The position numbers were made by a program, and so were the translations under genes. The notes below the pieces were generated by a model. It searched no databases. It was given only the letters and a program-made list of their open reading frames with translations, and was not told the DNA's origin. A stretch of 64,000 nt of DNA from Rebecca billardiae RCC1528 (Eukaryota; Protista; Haptophyta): contig OZ251232.1 in NCBI GenBank assembly GCA_965240325.2, positions 1,922,001 to 1,986,000 on the forward strand. Direction: 5' to 3'. Below, in pieces: positions 36,410 to 47,791 of the stretch (the first letter of the stretch is position 1; each line of letters starts with the position of its first letter).

Positions 36410-38014
36410 ATGGCGGGCGATGCCGGCATCCGCATGCTCCGGCGCGCGGCGGGGCGGGGCGACGCACGTGCGACCTTCCTGCTGGCGAGGCGCACCGAAT
36501 CGGGCGACGGCGTCGCGCAGGACGTCGACGAGGCGCATCGCCTCTATGCCATCGCAGCGAATCACGGGTTTGTACAAGCGCAGCAACGTTTGGGCGAGAT
36601 CGAGATGGCCGCGGAGAATTGGGCAGAGGCTGCGCGCTGGTACTGGCTGGCTGCTGAGCAGGGCGATGCAGCTGCGCAATACACCATGGGCTTGTGCTAC
36701 GACCGAGGCGAGGGTGTGCAGCAGGACTTGGCCGAGGCGGTGCGCTTGTACCGGCTGGCGGCCGAGCAGGGCTACGCAGCTGCGCAGTACAGTCTAAGCA
36801 GGTGCTACGAACTAGGTGAGGGCGTGCCGCAGGATATGGCCGAGGCGGTGCGCTTGTATCGGCTGGCGGCCGAGCAGGGCTACCCAGCTGCGCAGTACTG
36901 CCTGGGCAGGAGCTACGCACTAGGCGAGGGCGTGCAGCAGGACTGGGCAGAGGCGGTGCGCTTGTATCGACTGGCGGCAGAGCAGAGCGATGCATTTGCG
37001 CAGCACGGCCTGGGCGAGCTCTACGAACGAGGCGAGGGCGTGCCGCAGGATATGGCCGAGGCGGTGCACTGGTATCGGCCGGCTGCCGAGCAGGGCTACG
37101 CAGCTGCGCAGTATGACCTGGGCGTGTGCTATGCAACAGGCGAGGGCGTGCAGCAGGACTGGGCAGAGGCGGTGCGCTGGTACCGGCTGGCGGCCGAGCA
37201 GGGTTTCGCAGCTGCGCAGACTAACCTGGGCGTGTGCTACGAACGAGGCAAGGGCGTGCCGCAGGATATGGCGGAGGCGGTGCGCTCTTACCGGCTGGCG
37301 GCCGAGCAGGGCTACGCAGCTGCGCAGTACGACCTGGGCGTGTGCACCGCAGGAGGCAATGGCTTGCCGCAGGATATGGCCGAGGCGGTGCGCTGGTACC
37401 GGCTGGCGGCAGAGCAGGGCTTCACAGCTGCGCAGTACAACCTGGGCGTGAGCTACGACCGAGGTGAGGGCGTGCAGCAGGATAAGGCAGAGGCCATGCG
37501 CTTGTACAGGCTGGCAGCAGAGCAGGGCTCTGCAGCTGCGCAGTACGACCTGGGAGTGTGCTACGAAGGAGGCGAGGGCGTGCTGCAGGATATGGCCGAG
37601 GCGGTGCGCTGGTACCGGCTGGCCATCGACGGCGGCCAGCCACATGCCCACTCTGCATTGGCGGTCCTGCTGCTTGCAGGCGGGGCTGTGCAGCGCAACG
37701 TGGCTGAGGGAGTGCTGCTGCTGCGCCTTGGGCACGAGCTTGACAGCTCAACGATCAATCCTAGTGAGGTGCTTGGCGACTATGCTGGAGACCACGAGGT
37801 GGCCGCTGCATGCTGCATGGTGTGCGCCAAGTCGGGCAGTGGCGTGAAGAAGTGCAAGCGGTGCCTAGTGGCTGTCTTCTGCTGTCGTGAGCATCTGCGG
37901 AGCGCGTGGAAATTGCACAAGCCGCACTGCACTGCGTGGCGCGACGCGGCGGCGGTGATGACTTCAGCTGCTAATCAGACAGAGGCTGCTGCCGACGATA
38001 AGAACTGCTCGTGA
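36410..38014 (+). CDS. Sel1-like repeat protein with C-terminal MYND zinc finger (about 12 repeats)
   Basis: Uninterrupted ORF (open from 36386, first ATG at 36410) of Sel1 repeats ending in CMVCAKSGSGVKKCKRCLVAVFCCREHLRSAWKLHKPHC; paralogue of the gene at 28167. Confidence 0.92.
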   Translation: MAGDAGIRMLRRAAGRGDARATFLLARRTESGDGVAQDVDEAHRLYAIAANHGFVQAQQRLGEIEMAAENWAEAARWYWLAAEQGDAAAQYTMGLCYDRGEGVQQDLAEAVRLYRLAAEQGYAAAQYSLSRCYELGEGVPQDMAEAVRLYRLAAEQGYPAAQYCLGRSYALGEGVQQDWAEAVRLYRLAAEQSDAFAQHGLGELYERGEGVPQDMAEAVHWYRPAAEQGYAAAQYDLGVCYATGEGVQQDWAEAVRWYRLAAEQGFAAAQTNLGVCYERGKGVPQDMAEAVRSYRLAAEQGYAAAQYDLGVCTAGGNGLPQDMAEAVRWYRLAAEQGFTAAQYNLGVSYDRGEGVQQDKAEAMRLYRLAAEQGSAAAQYDLGVCYEGGEGVLQDMAEAVRWYRLAIDGGQPHAHSALAVLLLAGGAVQRNVAEGVLLLRLGHELDSSTINPSEVLGDYAGDHEVAAACCMVCAKSGSGVKKCKRCLVAVFCCREHLRSAWKLHKPHCTAWRDAAAVMTSAANQTEAAADDKNCS

Positions 38015-39370
38015 TCGGCTTGAGCTGCAAGCCTTTGTCTGCGCATCGGGACAGGCAGGTTACTCGGTCCTGTCGCCGTCGGCTGGCTGGCAGCCGGGCC
38101 TGCACGTTCCTGTCGCCAGTCAATGTCGGTAGGGGGTCCAGCACACCAAAATAAAATCGAAAAAATGCCTCGACGGGTTTTCAAGTGGAGTGAGCGCGAG
38201 TTTCGCCATCCCCTTACTAAGGCCGCCGGCCTTACCGCACTAGTTCACTGACACTTTGCTTCGTATGGAAGCAAAGTTGACGGCGTCCGCTGAGGGCGCC
38301 CTGCGGCCAGTCAGGGCGCCTTTGGGCGCTGAACGCCGCATGACAATGTGCAGGCATGGTCTAGCTACCCTCAGACAGCCGCCAGACTGGTCCCTCCAGC
38401 TACAATGCCTCCACGATGGCATCCCGCGGCAGCGCGCCGAGCTGCCGTACGGGCGTGTCGTGCCCGCCAGGCTGGCCGTGTGCCCGCGACACCCGGCTGC
38501 ACGCCTTGCAGCTGCTTCAGGCAGGTAGGCGATCGGTCGAGATGGCTGTAGGCGGTGTACGTACTGCACGCGCTGGTCTGCGCGCGTTCACATGACTCGT
38601 CGCGCTGAACTCACTCACCTGCCAGTCGCGCGTGACACGCTTGGCGGCTTGCCGCACGCAGCAGCCGCAGGCCGCGCGCGCGGCGTGATTGCCGAGTGCA
38701 AGTCAGCCAGGAGCTCGGCGGGATGGGCGGTCATGTTTCTTCGTCTGTTTCGGTGTCGATCACATGCGCGACGCGCGCGCCCCGCTGCGCAAGTACACCC
38801 TCCTCATTGCCGACGTCACACAGGAAGCCGCATGATGGATCTCGAGCTCGGAGAGCAGCGTCCGAGCACCACAGGCACTGACTGGCAGCCCGAGAGCCGA
38901 CCGGCGGGTGACGTCCTTCACCCCGCCTGATGCGGTACCGCGTGCGGCACCATACCGCAGCGATACGAGCACCTCAGAGGCGAACTGAGCACCCCTCAAA
39001 ACTTTGCTTCTGGGCGTGCTCGAACACTCGTTTGGCACTCCGTTTGGACGCCGTGGCACCGGAGAAGGGGGAGGGCGGCGGCGATGAGGCTCGGGTGGCC
39101 CACGAACATGCTCACAAAGATGCCTCTCAGCCATCGCGCGCCCTCTCGCGGCGTCCACCTGCCCGCCGAGCACGCACCCGCGGGGGCGAACCCATCTTTG
39201 CTTCGTATAGAAGCAACCTGCGGTAAGGGGATAAATTCGAGCGCCGCGAGCGCGCGCGCCGAGCGGCCGGGTCGGGCTGAACCCCTTACGTATTCAGAGA
39301 ACATCTCTGTGAGAGAACATCTCTGGGCAAGCCCCGCCAGAGATGTTCTCTGGCCGGCAGCCGCCAGAGA

Positions 39371-41539
39371 TGTTCTTTCACAGAGAACGTTTTCGGAGCG
39401 CGCCACTGCCCGTCTCGCCTCTCGGGCTCTCGGCGGGCTGCCCTGCTGGGCTCCGACGACGCTCCGCTACTCGCGTGCGACGCTCTCCGCCAAGCGCGAT
39501 ACCGGCCCGCCCACCGCGCGTTGAAGCGCGCTGGTGCACGAGCTCGCATGTTGAGCGCCATGGACGCTCTACGTAGGGCAGCGGCTCGCTCGCTCGCGCC
39601 TGTGGTGCCGCGCGTGCACGCGCGCGCGCATGCGCAAGAGCCGCCGCCCGACAGGGCACATGCACGCACGCGAGAGCACTGCCTTGATGCTGACGAGCGT
39701 GGTGGCTCGCATCTCGCAAGACGAGACGATTCCGATGCTTGCTTTCACCGCCTTGCAGCCCTCTCGCGCGTGGCCGCCACAAGCACCCGCGTGCGCACGC
39801 ACTGAGCAGCGCAGCGCAACACGTCGCGTGTGCTCTTCGCGCGCTGCCGTCCATCTCCCGACGCAGAGGGCTCGAGCCTGTGTGCGCGCCTTGCCCTGCA
39901 GATGTGCGCATGCTCGCTGAACAGATCCTTGGGGGCGCCGAGCAGTCTGCGCCCACGCCGCCGACTGATGAGGGCGGTGCAGGTTGGGGGATCAGCTTGA
40001 GAGTTGGCCTCGCGCCGCTGCTGCAGAGCCCAAGTCTCCTGAGACGCAGCCCTGGCGGCGCTGGCCAGGGGCGCGCACAGCGCGCGCTCGTGCGGCTGTG
40101 GATGCGGCCGTGGAGGTCGAAGCCGCATATGCGTAGCCGCGAGAGAGCGCGCGGCGCCCTCTCACGCGGCGCGCCTCGCTCGCGCCACGTTCGCCTCGTC
40201 TCAGGCTAGCGCGTACGCGCACGCGTGCGCGAGCGCCAGCCATGCGCTCAGCCAACTGTCATCAGCTCGCGCGGGCGCGGGCCGCTGTGCGGTCGGCGTG
40301 GGCCAGGCGAGCCGCCGGGCAAGCCATCGGATGAGTTTGAGATGCCCTTGACGTGTATACTGCTTCTCGCATCGTCGCGCTCGCCCCACCCCCGCGCCCC
40401 CGCGCCCGTGCTGTCATCTGACGATGCGTACGCAGCTTGTGCTACAGTACTTACAATGTGGCCGCCCAGCGCACACAAGTCTTGGAGCACCTGATACGAA
40501 AGGAGCACGGCGCGAAGCTTGCGCACGGGACGTGAGCAAGCTCGTGCTAGGCGAGGTCACTTGCTTAGCACCAATGAGCTCTCAACCTTGCCCGGCGGCT
40601 CGCCTGGCTCACGCCGACCGCACAGCGGCCCGCGCCCGCGCGAGCTGATGACAGTTGGCTGTGCCCATGGCTGGCGCTCGCGCACGCGTGCGCGTACGCG
40701 CTAGCCTGAGACGAGGCGAACGTGGCGCGAGCGAGGCGCGCCGCGTGAGAGGGCGCCGCGCGCTCTCTCGCGGCTACGCATATGCGGCTTCGACCTCCAC
40801 GGCCGCATCCACAGCCGCACGAGCGCGCGCTGTGCGCGCCCCTGGCCAGCGCCGCCAGGGCTGCGTCTCAGGAGACTTGGGCTCTGCAGCAGCGGCGCGA
40901 GGCCAACTCTCAAGCTGATCCCCCAACCTGCACCGCCCTCATCAGTCGGCGGCGTGGGCGCAGACTGCTCGGCGCCCCCAAGGATCTGTTCAGCGAGCAT
41001 GCGCACATCTGCAGGGCAAGGCGCGCACACAGGCTCGAGCCCTCTGCGTCGGGAGATGGACGGCAGCGCGCGAAGAGCACACGCGACGTGTTGCGCTGCG
41101 CTGCTCAGTGCGTGCGCACGCGGGTGCTTGTGGCAGCCACGCGCGAGAGGGCTGCAAGGCGGTGAAAGCAAGCATCGGAATCGTCTCGTCTTGCGAGATG
41201 CGAGCCACCACGCTCGTCAGCATCAAGGCAGTGCTCTCGCGTGCGTGCATGTGCCCTGTCGGGCGGCGGCTCTTGCGCATGCGCGCGCGCGTGCACGCGC
41301 GGCACCACAGGCGCGAGCGAGCGAGCCGCTGCCCTACGTAGAGCGTCCATGGCGCTCAACATGCGAGCTCGTGCACCAGCGCGCTTCAACGCGCGGTGGG
41401 CGGGCCGGTATCGCGCTTGGCGGAGAGCGTCGCACGCGAGTAGCGGAGCGTCGTCGGAGCCCAGCAGGGCAGCCCGCCGAGAGCCCGAGAGGCGAGACGG
41501 GCAGTGGCGCGCTCCGAAAACGTTCTCTGTGAAAGAACA
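39371..41539. repeat. Long inverted repeat, 953-bp arms with 263-bp spacer (probable foldback transposon with truncated right end)
   Basis: 39371-40323 is the reverse complement of 40587-41539 (ORF coordinate sum 80910). Clustered GAGAACATCTCTG motifs in both orientations at 39296-39390 occur on the left only. Confidence 0.85.
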
Positions 41540-44500
41540 CTAATGTTGGCCCCAGAGTGCCAAAACTCGAAACTGCCACTCCTCCCTATCTTTGATGCGG
41601 TCGTTTCAATATATTATCAAAATAAGAAGTTAAAACTATAAACTAAATGACGAGGAACGGGCTGCCAGACGCGGAACGCACGATGCAGCCCGTGCTCGCA
41701 CGACCGCTCGCGCGGGATCGCGACGTGCGAGCTGCCGCGCGGCGCTCGACACGCTCTTTCTGTTCGGAGGCCGCGATCACTCCCAGGTGGGCCAGCACGC
41801 GAGCGCGCAGCTTCTCCTCGCCGCGCTCGCCGAGCATGAGCCGATCTGCAGCATATGTGCAAAGGGCCGCATGTGGCCGTGCTCGCGCGCGCGCCACGGC
41901 CGCACACGGAAATCGTGAGATGATACCTACCTGCGCGTTCTACAATTTGGGACAACAAGTGAACAACGCTCGACCTGTGAAGTAGGTATCGTCTAACGCT
42001 TTCGCTCCTCGCAGCTATGTGCACGCGCGCAAAGGAGCACTGCACAGGCAGCGACCAGGAGCATTCCTTCTCCCGGGCGGCCACCACGGCCTCGGACGTG
42101 GTGAGCAACGCGTCGGCGACCGCAGCATGGACCACCTCCGTCGCGCCGGACACTCCGCTCGCTCCTCGCCCGACTCCACCCTCGCCGCGCGCTGACAGTT
42201 TGCTGACCGGGCGGCTGCGCCGCCCGAGTGCCGCTTGCCCGCGTGGTGGCACAAGGCGGGTGAAGACGTGGCAGTGTGGTGGATCGTGCGATCGAGGGAC
42301 TCCATTTGAGCTACGACACAGGCGCGCGCGCGCATCCGTGCACATCACGGTGGTGGACGCGCCGCAGCGCGCTCGTCGGCTGTCACGGGCTGACCGATGG
42401 GCAGCTTTTGGCTATCGGCGGCGGCCACAGCTCGCGGGTACGGACTCGATGGTGGCTGCGAGTGGTACGCTGCGTTGTACCAGTTCCGTGCGCGTCACGC
42501 GCGAAGCTCTGCCGGCTCGCTCTCGGACCATTGGCTCAGCCCTGCGCGATGCGCGCACACCGCGCAGCAGCTGCTCGGCAGCTGCTCGAGGCGCGGAGCG
42601 GCGCGCCGCACGTGGGCGCGACAAGGTGGTGCGGCGAGCGTGCGCGAGTGTGTGCGTGTGTTGGCCAACCCCATGGCGCTACTCGCCATGCACATCTGCC
42701 TCTCGCCAAGCCTTCGACACGAATGCTGCAAGTGCTGCTCCCAGGCGCGCTCCCAGGCGCGCACGCGTTTGAATCTGGGCTCGGCGGTGACCGCGTGGGC
42801 GAGGGGCAGCGCGGTGCACGATGGCGGCGCGCGTGCGGAGCACAGCCTACACCTCCTACGCGCTCCATCCAGACGCAGCGCGCGTGCTCGCGCAACCTCC
42901 TCGGTCCATCACGCGTCCGCGCGCGCGCGCGAGCAGGCGTGCAGCCGGGCGCGAGCACGGCGCACCGCGTTGGCGCGCGCACACCGATACCAGTGCGCAG
43001 GTCGACGAGCGAGCGCGGTGCGTTTCGACGCGTATGGGACCTAGCAGTGGAGCCGCTGCTCAGCAAGCACTCAAGTCGGGTTGGTTCGCATCACTGCGCA
43101 CGCCCGCAGGTTCGACTCGGCACTCACCTACTCAGAGGCACTGACCAAGTCCGCCGCATGAAGAATACGGTCAATAACTTTGCATCGCCCTCGCCCCTGA
43201 CTGACCAGAGCCGGCTGAGCCTGAGGCGCCTGCAATGATGCCCAGAGGAGCCCCGCCCGACCGGCGACTGGCGTTCAAGCGTTCCCCGCCTGTGCTCGCC
43301 TACTAGACAAGCGCAGTCCGCGGCCCCTGACTGACGCGCCGAGTCCGCGCTGCACTAGTTGACTTCAGACTTGTCAGTGACCATCAGTGTCATTATGTGT
43401 CAGCATCATAATCATCCGTCATATCCGTCAGGCGGTCAGCACGGTTCGGCGACGATTGTTTCTGGAGTCCGACACCGCCCCCGGCATCGGATAGGCATCG
43501 GACCGCGAGGGCGAGTGGCGATTCACTTTCAGCAGACCATCCTGCCGCGTACTGTCAGTGACGAGTAGTGTGACCGAGCCGGCAGTGACTAGTCAGTGAG
43601 TGAGTGACTGACCGGCGGGCTACAGACACAGCAGTCGTGACCGGACTGCCGCTGGGCTGCCCGACTATATTATCAATCTCTGTCAGCATCATCATCTGAG
43701 TCTCTATAATAACTCATAAGCTAAGTGCCAGCGCGATTCAGCGGGCGATGCAGACTGGCACTGTCTGTCAGACTGGCGCCAGAGCCGAGCACGGTCGCGT
43801 GGCAAGTACGGCAGCACTACTTGTTGAGCTGACGCGGCCTGGGGCGCGCATCTCAGCAGATGGCGTCGCCGCCGGTGCGTCAGGGCCGGTGCTGCAGCAG
43901 GCAGACCGGCGGCGCAGCTGCTGCAGAGCAGCAGTGCGGACGAGCTGGCACGACCTGGGACACGCATCTCAGCAGATGGCGTCGTCGCCGGGGTGCCAGG
44001 GCCGGTGCCGCAGCAGGCGGACCGGTGGCGCGGCTGCTACGAGATAGCAGTGCGCGGACGCGCGGCTGCTGCGAGGCAGCAGTGCGCGGACGGCGCGCGC
44101 GCGCGCGGCGCGCGCGCAGCGGCTGAAGCAAGTCGGAGGCGCCCACGCGTGCTGACGCGGGGCGGCTCACCGATACCAAGCGCACACATCTTGCAGGTCG
44201 GCGCGCACGCGGGCTGCACGACCCGGCGCGACGCGCTGCGGCGAGCAGATGGCGAGCCACGCGAGCATCTCGGCGAGGCCGCCATGCTGCCGCCGTTGGA
44301 CTTTGATTCTTCATTAACCACCAGTGCTGAGTGGAATCGTATGAGCTGCTTCCCGCGACGAAGCTGCTCACCGCACGGATAATCTGTCTCGTTAACGACG
44401 TGATACTGCTGGCGCGAGCGCAGCCGCCAATTGGCCCAAAGGAGATTCAGTTCGGGGCAAGACGAATACGACTACGTACGAAGAACTCCGGTCGGCGAGG

Positions 44501-45799
44501 CTCGATCGATCAGCACGATTCAGCAGCGGCTTTGGCCGGGCGAGAGGCTTGGAACTAAGCTTGCCACAGCCAAGTTGCAGAGGCAATGTAGCCCGTGGAG
44601 GCGATGTCCGTCCTGTCGCGCGCGGTGAGCTTTTAGCAGGGCTCGTTAGCGCTCGGAGCTTCGCGGTTATCCCAAGATGCATGCTCGCAACCCCCTGGGA
44701 GGGAGTTGTCCGCGCTGTCCTTTCTCATCGATTGGGCTGACAGGCACGAGCGGCCGCGGTTGCGGGATGGACGAGGAACTCTGGCGTCGCATGAAATGCA
44801 GCAGAGGTTCCTGGCCGAGAGCGCTGGCAAACAGGCGACGCTCTCGATGGGGCATGGCGCTACGATGCCGGGGAGCATCGGCATCATCGTCGCGCATGGC
44901 CCGGACGCGGAACTACGCGTCGATTGGGAGGAGCAGCACCTGTCGGTGAAGAGACCCGACAGCCTCCCGGAAGCTCACGATTGGATCTGAGCGGACGCAG
45001 CTGGCGCAGGAGAGCTACTGCGCGCAGCAGCGGATGATCGAGCAGCGCTACTAGCGCAAGAGGCGCGAGCGCGAGATCATGACGGGGCAGCGCAGAGGCG
45101 CCAAGCCTACGTCTGCAGCTGACGCGAGGCGCAGCTGGCAGTGCCACCGAGTGGCGGCGCTGACGCGACCATGGAGTCGCAGAATCCGATCCACGTGCGC
45201 GCAAAAGGCGCGAGCGCGGGATCATGACGAGGCGGCGCAGCGGCGCCGAGCCTACGTCTGCAGCTGACGCGAGGCGCAGCTGGCAGCGCCACCGAGTGGC
45301 GGCGCTGGCGCGACCAATGAGTCGCGAGATCCGCGCGCGCGCGAGGCGTGAGCGCGGGTTGACGGCGGGGCGGTGCATGGCACTTGGCCTACGCCGGGAG
45401 CTGGCGCGAGGCACAGCTCGATTCCACGCTGCGCGTCGAGATCATTCGGCCGCAGGTGGGGACCCCGATGCTGAGGCGTCGGTGAAAGCACGCGCACAGC
45501 GCAGGGCGCCGGTGCGGCGTGCGTGCGCGCAAGTGCGCGCGGCGCGCACGAGTGCGCGGCAGGGACTCGGCGACGCAAGAGGCGCACCGAGCCGGGTGAC
45601 CGCACGCCCGATGGTGGCGGCGGCCCCAACACGCCTACGCTCGACGCACATCGCCTTGCTGAGGCGGCGGTGGCGGCAGCGGGGAGCGTGGCAGCGGCCG
45701 AGACGGCGGACAGCTACCGACTGGCCGCGACGGCGACGGCGACGGAGGCGGCGGCGGCGGTGCGCAGCAAATGTTGCACGCGCCGCGCGCGGAGCAGCT

Positions 45800-46830
45800 C
45801 CGTGGCTTCAACGTACTCGGGTACGTATGTCGCTTGGACGACGGACGTCTCATTCACTCGCGTGACGTACGCATCGACGAGACCGATCTGATCGAGGGGG
45901 GGGCACTCGTCGCTTGGCACACCCGGTGGGGCGCGTACGTGGGTGATGGTGACGGCGCCGCAGAGGCGGCGGGCAGCGTCCGGTCGGCGATGACACCGAC
46001 GGCGAGGACGACGATGGCAACGGCGGCGAGACGCCAGCCAAGTCCGATGAGGACGCCGACGCAGATACGTCGACGTCGGTGCGCGGGCGCAGCAGCGCGG
46101 GCGCGGAGCATCGCGGGCGCAGCAGCGGCCGGGCGCACGAGCGCACAGCCGCCGATGCCGCAGGGCGGCGATCGGGGCAGTGCGGGCGCGCCATGGGCGC
46201 AGCCGCACTGGTGGGATGAGATACCACCGGCGCAACTTTGACGCGGGACCGCTGCGCAGATGCGGGCGGGTTGCCGCGGGTCGCAGAGGCGATCGATGGC
46301 GGGCTCGAGCGATTCGGCACGAACGCGAGCACGCGGATACGGCTGCCAGAGGCAGCGACAGCGCGCGCGAAGCTGAGCGACGCGGACGAGGCGTTGGTCC
46401 GGCGCGCGGAGATTGAGAACTACCAGAATGGTGGGATGTCTCATGGTTGCGATGCTCACGGCGAGGCCGGGCATCGCGCACGCGGTGAGCATGCCGACTC
46501 GGCGTATGGCTCGACCGCGGGCGGCAGATCTGCTGAGTGCGAGGCTACTCACGTGGATGGCCGCGACGATGGGGAATCGTCGTGTTCGAGTTTGCGACAG
46601 ATTCCGAGCAGCACTTCTACTTGCTCGCTTTTGGTGACTCTGCTTGGTCTAACAACCCAGAGGAATCGGGGCGGAGGTCGACGAGTGGCTGCATCATTGT
46701 CTCCTACAATGGATCGCCGGTGTCGTTGCACAGCAGCGGGCTGCAGGGTTGGTCCAGCTGAGCTCGACGGAGGCGGAGTATGTGGCGTGAGGTCAATGTA
46801 CCACGCCGACATCATGACGAAGGCGACGGA
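45800..46830 (+). pseudogene. Fragmented copia pol remnants (integrase C-terminus, RT, RNase H)
   Basis: GYVCRLDDGRLIHSRDVRIDE (SRDVxFDE motif), MVGCLMVAMLTARPGIAHAVSM (GSLMY..TRPDIAYAV), FGDSAWS..RRSTSG..GSPVS, LSSTEAEYVA and ADIMTKA, in copia order with frameshifts and large deletions. Confidence 0.88.
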
Positions 46831-47791
46831 CGACGGTGCTGCGCTTGGACGGCACGTCGACGCCATCATGGTGTGCGACACCCGACGCGCGCGCGATGAG
46901 CGGCGCTACTCGCTCGCGGCTATGGCTGTCGAGGGGGGGTGTTGAGCTGACGCGGCCTGGGGCGCGCATCTCAGCAGATGGCGTCGCCGCCGGTGCGTCA
47001 GGGCCGGTGCTGCAGCAGGCAGACCGGCGGCGCAGCTGCTGCAGAGCAGCAGTGCGGACGAGCTGGCACGACCTGGGACACGCATCTCAGCAGATGGCGT
47101 CGTCGCCGGGGTGCCAGGGCCGGTGCCGCAGCAGGCGGACCGGTGGCGCGGCTGCTACGAGATAGCAGTGCGCGGACGCGCGGCTGCTGCGAGGCAGCAG
47201 TGCGCGGACGGCGCGCGCGCGCGCGGCGCGCGCGCAGCGGCTGAAGCAAGTCGGAGGCGCCCACGCGTGCTGACGCGGGGCGGCTCACCGATACCAAGCG
47301 CACACATCTTGCAGGTCGGCGCGCACGCGGGCTGCACGACCCGGCGCGACGCGCTGCGGCGAGCAGATGGCGAGCCACGCGAGCATCTCGGCGAGGCCGC
47401 CATGCTGCCGCCGTTGGACTTTGATTCTTCATTAACCACCAGTGCTGAGTGGAATCGTATGAGCTGCTTCCCGCGACGAAGCTGCTCACCGCACGGATAA
47501 TCTGTCTCGTTAACGACGTGATACTGCTGGCGCGAGCGCAGCCGCCAATTGGCCCAAAGGAGATTCAGTTCGGGGCAAGACGAATACGACTACGTACGAA
47601 GAACTCCGGTCGGCGAGGCTCGATCGATCAGCACGATTCAGCAGCGGCTTTGGCCGGGCGAGAGGCTTGGAACTAAGCTTGCCACAGCCAAGTTGCAGAG
47701 GCAATGTAGCCCGTGGAGGCGATGTCCGTCCTGTCGCGCGCGGTGAGCTTTTAGCAGGGCTCGTTAGCGCTCGGAGCTTCGCGGTTATCCC

